27,062 nt of DNA from a virus (Duplodnaviria; Caudoviricetes), in the IMG/VR virus record IMGVR_UViG_3300017784_001015, positions 1-27,062 of that record; one strand, given 5' to 3'. Each line of letters opens with the position of its first letter. Position 1 is the stretch's first letter. The notes beneath the pieces were generated by a model. It saw nothing but the letters and a program-made list of their open reading frames with translations. It searched no databases and was not told where the DNA came from. Position numbers and translations under genes: made by a program. Positions 5,889-15,278 of the stretch are shown piece after piece.

Positions 5889-6968
5889 ATGAAGTATACA
5901 AAGAAGATTACACTAAAGGATGGGTCAACTGTCTATAGGTTTAGTCCACCAGAGGAAGTCAGGAAGGCTGGTGTAGTTGCCTCTAAGACCTTTACGGACG
6001 GTAGGGCTGCACGTTATGAGATACCTAGACTACTCGAAAAGGTAGCAGCCTATCGTAAAGGATATATCAAAGAGGGTAACGTAGGCCCAACCTCTAAGGT
6101 CAAACATATCATCAACTACTACCTATTATCCAAACAGTTTGCCTCTCTTGCTGGTAGTTCCCAGATCAAGTATGAGGCTGAATTGCTAAAGGTATCAAGC
6201 ATTTGGATAGGTGATGTGTCTGTCAACAAGCTCACTGCCAAGCTGTGCAATGAGGCATACGAACAGTGGGTGTCCGAACATTCTGTGGCTAGGGCTAATG
6301 AACGAGCAAGGTTGTTCTCTGTTGTTCTAAACTTTGCACGATCCTTAGACTTGATTAATGATAACCCTATGGGTAAGGTCAAGAAACTTAAGCATGAACC
6401 ATCTACCCCTATCTGGAAACAAGATCAGGTAGAGTTGTTCCTTGACACAGCCTTCAAGGATTTCAAGTGGAGAAACGTAGGGCTTCTCGTGATGATGTGC
6501 TATGAGTGGGCGCAACGACCTACTGACATATGCCACCTGACATGGGACAATGTTGATCTGGTTGGTGCTAGGGTATCCATCAAGCAGTCCAAGCGTGGGG
6601 CCGAGGTGTTCCTACCCATTGACGAGCCACTGCTATCCATGCTCAAGCAACAACAGGATGACTGGGGTTTCCAAAAGCTAGTAGTACCACACCATCGTAT
6701 ATCCGATAACGCTTATGTCCCGTTGACACCAGTAACATTCGGCCCTATACTTCGCTCCATAAAAGTTGCGTGTGGACTACCAGAAGACTTGAAGATTGGT
6801 CACTTGCGTAAGACAGCTATCAATGAGTTCGTGGCAGCGGGCGTTGACAGTACTGGGATCATGCAGGTGACAGGACACAAGAACATTAGCAGCCTCAACC
6901 CATACATGAGGCACACATACAATGGTGCTAAGACAGCACAGGGTATCCGCAAGGGGAACAAGGCATGA
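5889..6968 (+). CDS. Tyrosine recombinase / integrase-family protein
   Basis: Catalytic R (AQRPTDI), K (KQSKRG), R (GHLRKT), H (TGHKN) and Y (LNPYM). Start trimmed to ATG 5889 after AAGGGG. Confidence 0.88.
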   Translation: MKYTKKITLKDGSTVYRFSPPEEVRKAGVVASKTFTDGRAARYEIPRLLEKVAAYRKGYIKEGNVGPTSKVKHIINYYLLSKQFASLAGSSQIKYEAELLKVSSIWIGDVSVNKLTAKLCNEAYEQWVSEHSVARANERARLFSVVLNFARSLDLINDNPMGKVKKLKHEPSTPIWKQDQVELFLDTAFKDFKWRNVGLLVMMCYEWAQRPTDICHLTWDNVDLVGARVSIKQSKRGAEVFLPIDEPLLSMLKQQQDDWGFQKLVVPHHRISDNAYVPLTPVTFGPILRSIKVACGLPEDLKIGHLRKTAINEFVAAGVDSTGIMQVTGHKNISSLNPYMRHTYNGAKTAQGIRKGNKA

Positions 6969-6974
6969 AAAACA

Positions 6975-7190
6975 ATGTCGGTACTAAAGTATCTTAATCG
7001 TATCTTCGTGGCACTGAGCGTCCTGCTAAATGTTATCCTTGGCGGTAGCAATAACCAGACGTTCAGTGCTAGGAACTATGACTGGCAACGCAGGGGTAAG
7101 CCCAACATCTGTGCGTTCATTGACACCTTCTTAGGTCAGGGTCATTGCATGGAGTGTTGGGTCTATTGGAAAATCAGAAAGGATTGGTAG
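6975..7190 (+). CDS. Hypothetical small protein with hydrophobic N-terminus (71 aa)
   Basis: ORF packing; IFVALSVLLNVILGG segment. Confidence 0.7.
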   Translation: MSVLKYLNRIFVALSVLLNVILGGSNNQTFSARNYDWQRRGKPNICAFIDTFLGQGHCMECWVYWKIRKDW

Positions 7191-7193
7191 AGC

Positions 7194-7424
7194 ATGATGA
7201 CAGAACTAACAGTTGGGCCACAGGTTATCACTAAGAACCTCTATGGACTACACGCTAACAAGGGTGAGTGGGTGATGCTTAGTCCTATCTTGATGGATGA
7301 CATCAACAAGTTGGAAGATATTGTTAATGATATCTACGATATGATTGACCAAGGTGGTCGCCATGTTTCCCTCTGGACGTTGATGTTCAAGCCAGAAGAT
7401 TTCAGCGCGTTTAGGATTGAGTGA
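7194..7424 (+). CDS. Hypothetical protein (76 aa)
   Basis: ORF packing between neighbours; AAGGA upstream. Confidence 0.6.
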   Translation: MMTELTVGPQVITKNLYGLHANKGEWVMLSPILMDDINKLEDIVNDIYDMIDQGGRHVSLWTLMFKPEDFSAFRIE

Positions 7425-7464
7425 CACTCACTGTTGCACACAATCTTTGGAGGAATTTGTGGAA

Positions 7465-8163
7465 ATGATTAAAGTTACCTACGATGAACATATGGGATCA
7501 GACCTTAGTGTTGTTAATAAAGCACGAGTATCATTTGGGAAGAAGTCTAAGTGGGAATATGAAGAGGATGGCACACATTATCTGTCCTACAAAGATGCAA
7601 AGCTAATCAAATATCTGGCCGAGCATAAACACCTCGCACCCTTTGGCCATTCTTTTGCATCGTTCCATATCAAAGCACCCATCTTTGTTGCTCGTCAACT
7701 GGTTAAACACAAGTTCATGCGCTGGAGCGAGGTCAGTCGGCGCTATGTTGATGATCCACCAGAGTTCTATGTGCCTGAAGTCTGGCGTGGTAAGTCTAAG
7801 GACAAGAAGCAAGGGTCTGATGGTGTTGTTGACCTAACAGCTACCAACTCTTGGGGTGGAGAATATGAAGGTCGTTTTGGAGAACAAAATCTTTCCGAAG
7901 AAGTTTGGGAGAGTATGTTTGATGCAAAAGATTTGTATGAGAACCTCTTGGAAATTGGGGTAGCACCAGAGCAAGCACGTATGGTTCTACCTCAATCGAC
8001 TATGACTGAGTGGTACTGGTCAGGCTCACTTGACGCTTTCGCAGATATGGCTAAACTACGCTGCAAGGAAGACACACAGTATGAGACACGGCTGGTAGCA
8101 GATCAGATCAGCAAAGAGATGAAGCAACTATTTCCCGTATCATGGGAGGCTTTAGTTGGATGA
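7465..8163 (+). CDS. thyX: Flavin-dependent thymidylate synthase
   Basis: GSDLSVVNKARVSF, HLAPF, APIFVARQLVKHK...EVSRRY, GVAPEQARMVLP and TQYETR motifs. Start trimmed to ATG 7465 after GGAGG. Confidence 0.95.
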   Translation: MIKVTYDEHMGSDLSVVNKARVSFGKKSKWEYEEDGTHYLSYKDAKLIKYLAEHKHLAPFGHSFASFHIKAPIFVARQLVKHKFMRWSEVSRRYVDDPPEFYVPEVWRGKSKDKKQGSDGVVDLTATNSWGGEYEGRFGEQNLSEEVWESMFDAKDLYENLLEIGVAPEQARMVLPQSTMTEWYWSGSLDAFADMAKLRCKEDTQYETRLVADQISKEMKQLFPVSWEALVG

Positions 8164-8446
8164 AGATGATATGTGTCCTAACTGTGTGACACCTTGGAAA
8201 TGTAATGGCCCTCACTTGACAGGAGAAGAAGATATGGGTAAGTACAAGTTAGAGTGGAGTGGACTAGACAGTGAACAGAAAGCCAGCATTGCTGTGGAAC
8301 TACTCACAGAAATCTTGGAAGATGTTGACCAGTACATTAAGTTATGGGATGAGTACCCTGAGTGGTGGAATAAGAAAGACTACAAGGCGATGGATCGTGT
8401 ACGTGATGCTCTCGTTGCTCACTACGGTATCCCATCTGGAGATTAA
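8156..8446 (+). CDS. Hypothetical protein with N-terminal CPNC-x4-C-x3-H motif
   Basis: Overlaps the thyX end. An internal AGGAG plus ATG at 8234 is an alternative start. Confidence 0.6.
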   Translation: MDEDDMCPNCVTPWKCNGPHLTGEEDMGKYKLEWSGLDSEQKASIAVELLTEILEDVDQYIKLWDEYPEWWNKKDYKAMDRVRDALVAHYGIPSGD

Positions 8447-8451
8447 GGTAA

Positions 8452-10023
8452 TTGGTTGAACACACACATAAAGACTGTCCCTTTGATGGGTGTAAAAGTT
8501 CTCAGTTTGCTTGGAACGACGAGAGGCACACAGGGTACTGCTTCGTTTGTACTGGTAGATACCCACCACCACGTATGAGAGGGCTAAAAGATTGGGCAAC
8601 AGAAAGGTATCCCGTGAAAGAAAAGATTGATATTAAGTCTGTGCCAACATCAGGGTTTACCTATGATGGTATTCGTGGCATTGACCCAGACGTATGCAAA
8701 AAGTATGGCATCCAACTACAGCTTGGACTTGATGGCAACCCAGTTCGTTATGCGTTCAAGCATACTGAAAACGTAAAGTATCGTGGGTTTGAGGAGAAGG
8801 TCTTCTGGACGAAGGAGAAGGGTAAGCCTATGGATGACCTCTTTGGCCCAGAGTTTAATGCTGGTACGTCAAAGAAAATCTTCATCACCGAGGGAGAGTT
8901 TGATGCTGCATCCCTGTATCAAATCCTAGGCAATACCTACCCAGTGAAGTCTCTGCCCAGTGCCAGCATTGGTGACAAGTTCGTCAAGAAGAACTACAAG
9001 TACCTGTCCACCTTTCAGGATATCATCTATGCTGGTGAGCTTGATGATGCTGGGCGTAGGGCAGCAGAGCTTCTGTATGCAGCCTTCCCAAAGAACTTCT
9101 GGTATGTGCCTATGTCCCAGTACAAGGATGCCAATGAGTTCCTGATGGCAGGTGCAGGGGAAACCCTTAAGTGGGCAGCAGTCAAACCCCAACGCTACAC
9201 GCCAGACAACTTCTTCTGTTCTGATGAGGCAGTTGATAACGCTATCCGTAAGGAGAACCCATACAGCTATGTCCCTACTGGTCATTCTGGTATCGACGAG
9301 AAGTGCCGTGGGTTGGTTAAGGGTGGCCTGACGTTTATCAAAGCACCCCGTGGTATGGGTAAGACAGAGGTTGTGCGCTTCTTCGAGATGGCTATGTTGG
9401 CTGATCCTGATGAGCGTATCGCCCTACTACACATGGAAGAGATGAAGTCCACAACGTATCGTGCTATGGCTACCTACGAGTTGGGTGTTAATGTACGTAC
9501 AAAGGATGATGCTCGTGATAACGGGGTGAGTGAAGAGGAAGTCATCAAGGCTGCACAGAAGGCAACCAAAGCAGAACGCACAATCATCTTCGAGATGCGA
9601 GTGCATGATGATCCCATGAAGTTGCTAGAGTATGTACGCCTTGCTGCATCTGTGTATGGTGCAGGGTATCTCTTCATTGACCATGTGCAACGTCTTGCTT
9701 ATCTCTCCAATGCTGGTGTAGATGGTGCAACCTCAACGCTTACCTCACTGGGCGCACAGATGGCACAGCTTGCTAAGGAGTTGAACATTGGTGTGATCTT
9801 CATCAGTCAGGTCAATGATGATGGTCGTACTAAGTATGCCGCAGCACTAGAGGAAGAAGCTATCATCTGTATCAAGATAGACCGAGACGTTGAGAGTGAG
9901 GATGAAGTGGAACAGAATACTACCCACTTCGTAATTGACAAGAACAGACCATTCGCTAAACTTGGTGATGCTGGTTCCCTATACTACGACACCGAGACAA
10001 CAATCCTAAGAGAAGGTTTCTAA
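8452..10023 (+). CDS. T7 gp4-like DNA primase-helicase
   Basis: Zn finger CPFDGC...CFVC; TOPRIM ITEGEFDAAS and KDANE; Walker A APRGMGKT; DnaB motifs HMEE, FIDH, ISQ and KNR. Confidence 0.95.
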   Translation: MVEHTHKDCPFDGCKSSQFAWNDERHTGYCFVCTGRYPPPRMRGLKDWATERYPVKEKIDIKSVPTSGFTYDGIRGIDPDVCKKYGIQLQLGLDGNPVRYAFKHTENVKYRGFEEKVFWTKEKGKPMDDLFGPEFNAGTSKKIFITEGEFDAASLYQILGNTYPVKSLPSASIGDKFVKKNYKYLSTFQDIIYAGELDDAGRRAAELLYAAFPKNFWYVPMSQYKDANEFLMAGAGETLKWAAVKPQRYTPDNFFCSDEAVDNAIRKENPYSYVPTGHSGIDEKCRGLVKGGLTFIKAPRGMGKTEVVRFFEMAMLADPDERIALLHMEEMKSTTYRAMATYELGVNVRTKDDARDNGVSEEEVIKAAQKATKAERTIIFEMRVHDDPMKLLEYVRLAASVYGAGYLFIDHVQRLAYLSNAGVDGATSTLTSLGAQMAQLAKELNIGVIFISQVNDDGRTKYAAALEEEAIICIKIDRDVESEDEVEQNTTHFVIDKNRPFAKLGDAGSLYYDTETTILREGF

Positions 10024-10024
10024 G

Positions 10025-11257
10025 ATGGCACTGTATGAACTGACAAGCGGTAAAGACTTTGTAAAGTTGGGCGACAAAGTTTTCAGTAAGTATATAGAAG
10101 TCCCAAAGAATCCCTTCTCGTTCAATGAATGGTTAGACAAACACGTACCTGAATACTGTGTAAAGCTTTGGGAAGACAAGGACGAGGTTAAGCCACGGGT
10201 GTTGAACAAAAAGATTCACGAGAACTTTGGTTCTAAGATAACCCTGCGCTTGAACGCTGCACTATACAAAACGTTCATCAAAGCGAACTTCCCCCGTGAG
10301 ACTTACTTTGCTATTAGTCGTAGAGGTATGCGGTGGAATACCTTTTCTCCCTACATGGTACAGACAGCACTAGAGAACAAGCATCTGATTGACCAAGCAG
10401 TTAAGGACAGAACGATCAACCTGATCCCACTAATGCTTGAGTTTGGGGAAGACCCACAACAGCTACGCAAAAGGTTTGGTAAGGGTTTGTGGAAACAACT
10501 AGCACACACCTCAAAGACTAGGATGAAACACCTTGCACCCCTGCTAAAATACAGCACAAAACTTACCTCTGTGAGGACAGGTATTTTACCCTTAGTATCC
10601 ACATATAATATGAATACTATGAACCTTGATGGATACTTATTAACCGCAGCTAGGATTGCTCCACGTATCAAAGACTTTGATCAGACACTTGATATCATAA
10701 GAGATACTATGTATATGGCTAATAGGGCTGGGGTTGAGGTAAACCATGACTGGTCTTATCGTCGTTGGAGTGAAGAGCATGATCGTCTGTCATGGGATGT
10801 GGCACGTAAGGGTTACTCCGAGACAAAGTTTGCAGAAGATTGTAGCTTTACACAGAATGGATATACCTTTACACTCCTAACTTCACAGGCTGATATCTCC
10901 GCAGAGGGTATGCAGATGAGACACTGTGTTGCATCCTATGCGCTATGTGCTAGTATTGGTACGTATGCTGTGTTCAAGATTGAGGGTAAGGAGAGGGCAA
11001 CCCTTGGTCTTAATATTACCCCAACACTTGAGGTAGTCAATCTGAAACCTAACAGGGTTCTTCACGCCTCACTACAACAATGCTATGGCCCACGTAACCA
11101 ACCTATATCCAGTGAACTACGCGACACACTACCAGATATTGTAAGGATGTATAATGATCTTATTCGACACGGAAACAGATGGACTGCTACGGCAAGCAAC
11201 GAAAGTCCATGTCCTGTCGTGGACAACGAATGGGAAAGAATTCGCGTCTACTTCTAA
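10025..11257 (+). CDS. PcfJ-like domain protein
   Basis: C-terminal EHDRL...LLTSQADISAEGMQMRHCVASY...RATLG...QCYGPRN signature. Confidence 0.7.
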   Translation: MALYELTSGKDFVKLGDKVFSKYIEVPKNPFSFNEWLDKHVPEYCVKLWEDKDEVKPRVLNKKIHENFGSKITLRLNAALYKTFIKANFPRETYFAISRRGMRWNTFSPYMVQTALENKHLIDQAVKDRTINLIPLMLEFGEDPQQLRKRFGKGLWKQLAHTSKTRMKHLAPLLKYSTKLTSVRTGILPLVSTYNMNTMNLDGYLLTAARIAPRIKDFDQTLDIIRDTMYMANRAGVEVNHDWSYRRWSEEHDRLSWDVARKGYSETKFAEDCSFTQNGYTFTLLTSQADISAEGMQMRHCVASYALCASIGTYAVFKIEGKERATLGLNITPTLEVVNLKPNRVLHASLQQCYGPRNQPISSELRDTLPDIVRMYNDLIRHGNRWTATASNESPCPVVDNEWERIRVYF

Positions 11258-13028
11258 CTACAAGGATATGCGTGACCTGCTTACTGGTGCGGATAGTCTA
11301 ATAGGCCATGATATCTGTCGCTTCGACGTTCCTGTACTAGAGAAAATCCTTGGCATCACCATCAAGGCTAAACTTTATGACACACTGCCTATGTCTTGGG
11401 TAATCAACACTGATCGTATGATCCACGGGCTTGAGTCCTTTGGTGAAGACTTTGGTATCCCTAAGCCTGTGGTTACAGACTGGGTTGGCTTAAGCTACGA
11501 GGAGTATAAGCATCGTTGTGAAGAGGATGTGAAGATCAACTGGATGCTGTGGCAGAACTTGCTCAAGAGGTACAAGATGCTGTACGGCAAGGACACAGAG
11601 ACTATGGAGAAGTTCTTCCAGTACCTTACCTTCAAGATGCGCGTGGCACACAAGGCTAGTGCTGCTGGTTGGCGCATTGACAAGAAGCTCGTGACTGAAT
11701 CTCTGGCTACGCTAGAGAAACTACAGTTGGAGAAGGTCGAGGAACTACGCAGTGTCATGCCTGATGTAATCAAGTACACCACCAAGTCCAAGCCAGAGAA
11801 GATGACCATCAAGGATGGATCACACAGCAAGGCTGCACTGGACTGGTTTAGGATACTCGAAGACAATGACCTACCCCTGTTCCACGAAGATGATGTGCGT
11901 GTAGTTAAGAGCGTGGAGAAGGCTAACCCTAATTCACCAGATCAGGTCAAGGACTGGCTGTTCTCCTTCGGGTGGGAGCCATGCACCTTTGACTACAAGA
12001 CCAATGATGATGGTAGCGAGAGGAAAGTCCCACAGGTACGCAAGGAAGGTGAGCTTGCACCATCTGTCCAACTACTCATTGAGGATCACCCAGAGGTGGG
12101 TGTTCTTGATGGTCTCACAGTCTTGCAGCACCGCAAGTCTATCTTCGAGGGTATGCTAGAGTCAGAGGTTGATGGGTACGTTAGTGCAGAGATTGCTGGC
12201 TTGACCAACACACTACGCTTCAAGCATAAGAAACCACTGGTCAATCTTCCCGGAGTTGATAAGCCTTGGGGTAAGGAAATCCGTGGTGCGCTTATTGCTG
12301 ACGAGGGTACGATCATGTGTGGTGCTGACATGGTGTCCCTTGAGGCTACCACTAAGCGTCACTTCATCTTCCCCTATGACCCTGAGTATGTGGCAGAGAT
12401 GTCAGTCGATGGTTTTGATGAACACCTTGATCTTGCTGTACGTGCAGGCTATATCGACAGGGATGACTATGAGTTCTACACATGGGCTGATGAGGCTACT
12501 GTCAACGATATCTCTCGCTTCAAGAGTATCAAGAAGACACGCAAGAAGTTCAAGCCTGTGAACTACAGCGCAGTGTATGGCGTAGGTAAGAGCAAGCTGG
12601 CTAGAACTACAGGCATGACAGTAGCAGAGGCTGGTGTATTGCTTGAGGCATACTGGGAGCGCAACTGGGCAGTCAAACAGTTTGCTAAGGAACAACAGGT
12701 GAAGACCTTGAACAAGCAGATGTGGGTGCGTAACCCTGTCAATGGCTTCTGGTACTCCCTACGTTATGAGAAGGATATCTTCTCTACGCTAAACCAATCC
12801 ACTGGGGCATACTGCTTCGACCAGTGGGTGGCTCACTACCTGACCAAGCGACCCAACATCATTGGTCAGTTTCACGACGAGTCTATCAATCGCATTCCAC
12901 TGGGTGAGGAGACAGAACATGAGTCAGTTCTTCGTTGGGCTATTGAGAAGGTGAACGAGAAGCTCAAGCTAAACATCAAGCTGGACATTGACGTACAGTT
13001 TGGTATGCGCTACTCCGATATCCATTAA
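11154..13028 (+). CDS. polA: Family A DNA polymerase with 3'-5' exonuclease
   Basis: ExoI FDTETDG, ExoII HDICRFD, ExoIII RCEED; motif A GADMVSLE, motif B RKKFKPVNYSAVYG, motif C QFHDE. Confidence 0.96.
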   Translation: MILFDTETDGLLRQATKVHVLSWTTNGKEFASTSNYKDMRDLLTGADSLIGHDICRFDVPVLEKILGITIKAKLYDTLPMSWVINTDRMIHGLESFGEDFGIPKPVVTDWVGLSYEEYKHRCEEDVKINWMLWQNLLKRYKMLYGKDTETMEKFFQYLTFKMRVAHKASAAGWRIDKKLVTESLATLEKLQLEKVEELRSVMPDVIKYTTKSKPEKMTIKDGSHSKAALDWFRILEDNDLPLFHEDDVRVVKSVEKANPNSPDQVKDWLFSFGWEPCTFDYKTNDDGSERKVPQVRKEGELAPSVQLLIEDHPEVGVLDGLTVLQHRKSIFEGMLESEVDGYVSAEIAGLTNTLRFKHKKPLVNLPGVDKPWGKEIRGALIADEGTIMCGADMVSLEATTKRHFIFPYDPEYVAEMSVDGFDEHLDLAVRAGYIDRDDYEFYTWADEATVNDISRFKSIKKTRKKFKPVNYSAVYGVGKSKLARTTGMTVAEAGVLLEAYWERNWAVKQFAKEQQVKTLNKQMWVRNPVNGFWYSLRYEKDIFSTLNQSTGAYCFDQWVAHYLTKRPNIIGQFHDESINRIPLGEETEHESVLRWAIEKVNEKLKLNIKLDIDVQFGMRYSDIH

Positions 13029-13038
13029 AGGAAAGATC

Positions 13039-13185
13039 ATGGAAAAAGCTACTAAAGGACTAAAGAAGTTGACCAAGCCAAACAGTATCCCTATGCGTAT
13101 GGCTGCTGGTGGCAAGGAGTTGGTTCGGGATAACTCGAAGCAAAGAAAATATCGTGTAGCTGGCGAGAAACCACTTGCACAATAG
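13039..13185 (+). CDS. Small basic hypothetical protein (48 aa)
   Basis: AAGGA Shine-Dalgarno before ATG 13039; Lys/Arg rich. Confidence 0.6.
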   Translation: MEKATKGLKKLTKPNSIPMRMAAGGKELVRDNSKQRKYRVAGEKPLAQ

Positions 13186-13204
13186 GACTGATATCTGTTA
13201 CAAT
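13175..13204 (+). promoter_or_regulatory. Candidate sigma70 promoter for the SSB/nuclease operon
   Basis: TTGCAC (13175-13180), 18-nt spacer, TACAAT (13199-13204) with an extended -10 TG; followed by AAGGAG and ATG 13228. Confidence 0.6.
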
Positions 13205-13227
13205 TACACATTGCAAAGGAGCTACAC

Positions 13228-13770
13228 ATGGCAACACGTAAAGTAAAACTAACTGGCATTGCATATTGGGGGAAGGTGTTCGAGGACAATCGAGACTTGA
13301 CTGGGTTTGAGAATGCACTCAAGGATATTGGTGGTCAGTGTACCATCGACGTTGACTTGGATGAAGAGAGCATGGCCAAGCTGGTTAAGAGCAAGACGAT
13401 GCTCAAGGGTAAGCCTAGCCCTGACAATGACGGACTGACTCGTGTACGCTTCAAGCGTAAGTGGGAAGAAGCCTATGCAGGCGGCGCACCTAAGGTGGTC
13501 AAGGAAGATGGTACTGTCTGGGACTACGACGAGGATGGCCCTATTGGTAACGGTTCTACTGTAGAGGTTATCCTGAATGTCTATGATACAACTCGTAAGA
13601 ACATCATTGGCACTCGTCTTGAAAAGGTTAAGGTTACTAAACACGTAGAGTATAACCCAGACGAAGACGAAGTGGACGAGGCTCCACCGCCTAAAGCAGC
13701 AGCCAAGTCAACCGCTAAGACAGCACCTAAGACTTACAAAGTCGAAGATGATGATGAGATTCCGTTTTGA
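13228..13770 (+). CDS. Single-stranded DNA-binding protein (gp2.5-like)
   Basis: IGNGSTVEV motif, acidic tail ending EDDDEIPF, position after the polymerase. Confidence 0.8.
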   Translation: MATRKVKLTGIAYWGKVFEDNRDLTGFENALKDIGGQCTIDVDLDEESMAKLVKSKTMLKGKPSPDNDGLTRVRFKRKWEEAYAGGAPKVVKEDGTVWDYDEDGPIGNGSTVEVILNVYDTTRKNIIGTRLEKVKVTKHVEYNPDEDEVDEAPPPKAAAKSTAKTAPKTYKVEDDDEIPF

Positions 13771-14621
13771 GTAAAACACTGGACACACTTGTAGAAGACA
13801 TCTACAGGGTTGTCGAGGGTAGAGGGGGATGGGATGCTACATCTACAGAGTTCCTGTCTTCCTCTATCGCTACTGTTGCAGAGGCTAGGTTTTCCCAAGA
13901 GCAAGTACCACGGGATTACCTAAGCCTCTCTGGCATTGGCTCACCCTGCGACAGGAAACTTTGGTACAAGATCAACCAAAGCAAAGACTCTGAACCACTA
14001 CGGGCAGAAACCTTAGGCACTTTCTTCTATGGTGATCTGCTCGAAGCCTTGATCCTAGCACTAGCTGTAGCCGCAGGGCATAAAGTAGAGGGTATGCAGG
14101 ACAGGGTGAATGTCTTTGGTGTCAGTGGGCAACGTGATGCTATCATTGATGGTGTTACTGTTGATGTGAAGTCTGCCTCTGAGCATGGGTTTAAGAAGTT
14201 CAAGAAGCATAACCTACGTCAGGAAGACCCCTTCGGATATATCAGCCAGCTAAGCTCGTATGTGTACGCAGGGAAAGATGATCCCCTTGTTAAGAATAAA
14301 ACAGAGGGTGCGTTTCTTGTAGTTCAGAAGGATAGGTTCAAGCTATGCCTAGACAAGTATGACTTTACGAAAGAACTTAAGGGTAAAGAACAGGAGATTG
14401 CTCGTGCTAAAAGTCTTGTTGCTGGCCCTATACCTTCGGATAGGCTACCCCCTGTACCTCAGTCAAAGACATCTGAGAACACTCAGCTATCCAGCACCTG
14501 TGGCTATTGCGAATTTCGTAAGGTTTGTTGGCCAGAGGCAAGAACTTTTCTATACAGCACAGGGCCAGTATACCTTGTTGATGTCGTCAATGAACCTCGT
14601 GTGACGGAGTGGATTGAATGA
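13767..14621 (+). CDS. PD-(D/E)xK exonuclease, Cas4/RecB-like
   Basis: LSGIGSPCDRKLWY, GQRDAIIDG..VDVKS, YISQLSSY and CGYCEFRKVCW (four Cys). Confidence 0.85.
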   Translation: MSKTLDTLVEDIYRVVEGRGGWDATSTEFLSSSIATVAEARFSQEQVPRDYLSLSGIGSPCDRKLWYKINQSKDSEPLRAETLGTFFYGDLLEALILALAVAAGHKVEGMQDRVNVFGVSGQRDAIIDGVTVDVKSASEHGFKKFKKHNLRQEDPFGYISQLSSYVYAGKDDPLVKNKTEGAFLVVQKDRFKLCLDKYDFTKELKGKEQEIARAKSLVAGPIPSDRLPPVPQSKTSENTQLSSTCGYCEFRKVCWPEARTFLYSTGPVYLVDVVNEPRVTEWIE

Positions 14622-14965
14622 CACGGGCAGCTAAACAAAAGGGTAGGCTTGGACAAAACGAAATCAGGGACAAACTTCTTGAGGTCTTCCCTGAGTTTGA
14701 GCCTGACGATATTAAGTCAACAACAATGGGTGACGGGGGAGAGGACATTCAGCTTTCCCCCGCTGCCCGCAAGAAGATGCCAATCACCATCGAAGTCAAG
14801 AGGCGTAAGTCTGGGATGAAGATGCAGTATGACTGGCTTGAGCAAGCTAAACGACATGGCAAGGGTGAGCCAGTACTTTTCTTTAGAGCAGATCGTTCTG
14901 AATGGATTGTAATGGTTGGCCTAGAACATTACATGGAACTCTTGAGAGGTTGGAAGAATGTTTAA
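14618..14965 (+). CDS. Holliday junction resolvase-like PD-(D/E)xK endonuclease
   Basis: AKQKGR, MGDGGEDI, IEVKRR, QA and PVLFFRADR motifs. Confidence 0.8.
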   Translation: MTRAAKQKGRLGQNEIRDKLLEVFPEFEPDDIKSTTMGDGGEDIQLSPAARKKMPITIEVKRRKSGMKMQYDWLEQAKRHGKGEPVLFFRADRSEWIVMVGLEHYMELLRGWKNV

Positions 14966-15278
14966 CTGGTTGAAAAAATGGGCTATGGATGTGTTTGATC
15001 TACAGATGATTGATCCTATCCCTAGTAACGATGCACAAATCTGGAGCATTATTGAGGGTGCTAAACGTGCAGAAGACTTAGACTATAACGAACTAGATGG
15101 GCTTGATGTATCTGATAGTGCGGTACGTTTGATCCTAAAGATTGCAGTAGGTTCGGAAGTGTTTGATATTGAGGCTTGGTTCGAGAATTACGGTGAAGCT
15201 AAACATATCATCGACCACTTCAACAAGTCTATCGAACCACTGCCTATGAACCTAAAGGAGTTTCACGAGTATGACTAA
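14958..15278 (+). CDS. Hypothetical protein (106 aa)
   Basis: Overlaps both neighbours by 8 nt; GAGG Shine-Dalgarno. Confidence 0.7.
   Translation: MFNWLKKWAMDVFDLQMIDPIPSNDAQIWSIIEGAKRAEDLDYNELDGLDVSDSAVRLILKIAVGSEVFDIEAWFENYGEAKHIIDHFNKSIEPLPMNLKEFHEYD

Noticed and set aside
13767-14621. Cas4-like nuclease as evidence of a CRISPR system
   Set aside because: No repeat-spacer array or other cas genes were seen. Solo Cas4-like exonucleases are common in phage replication modules.
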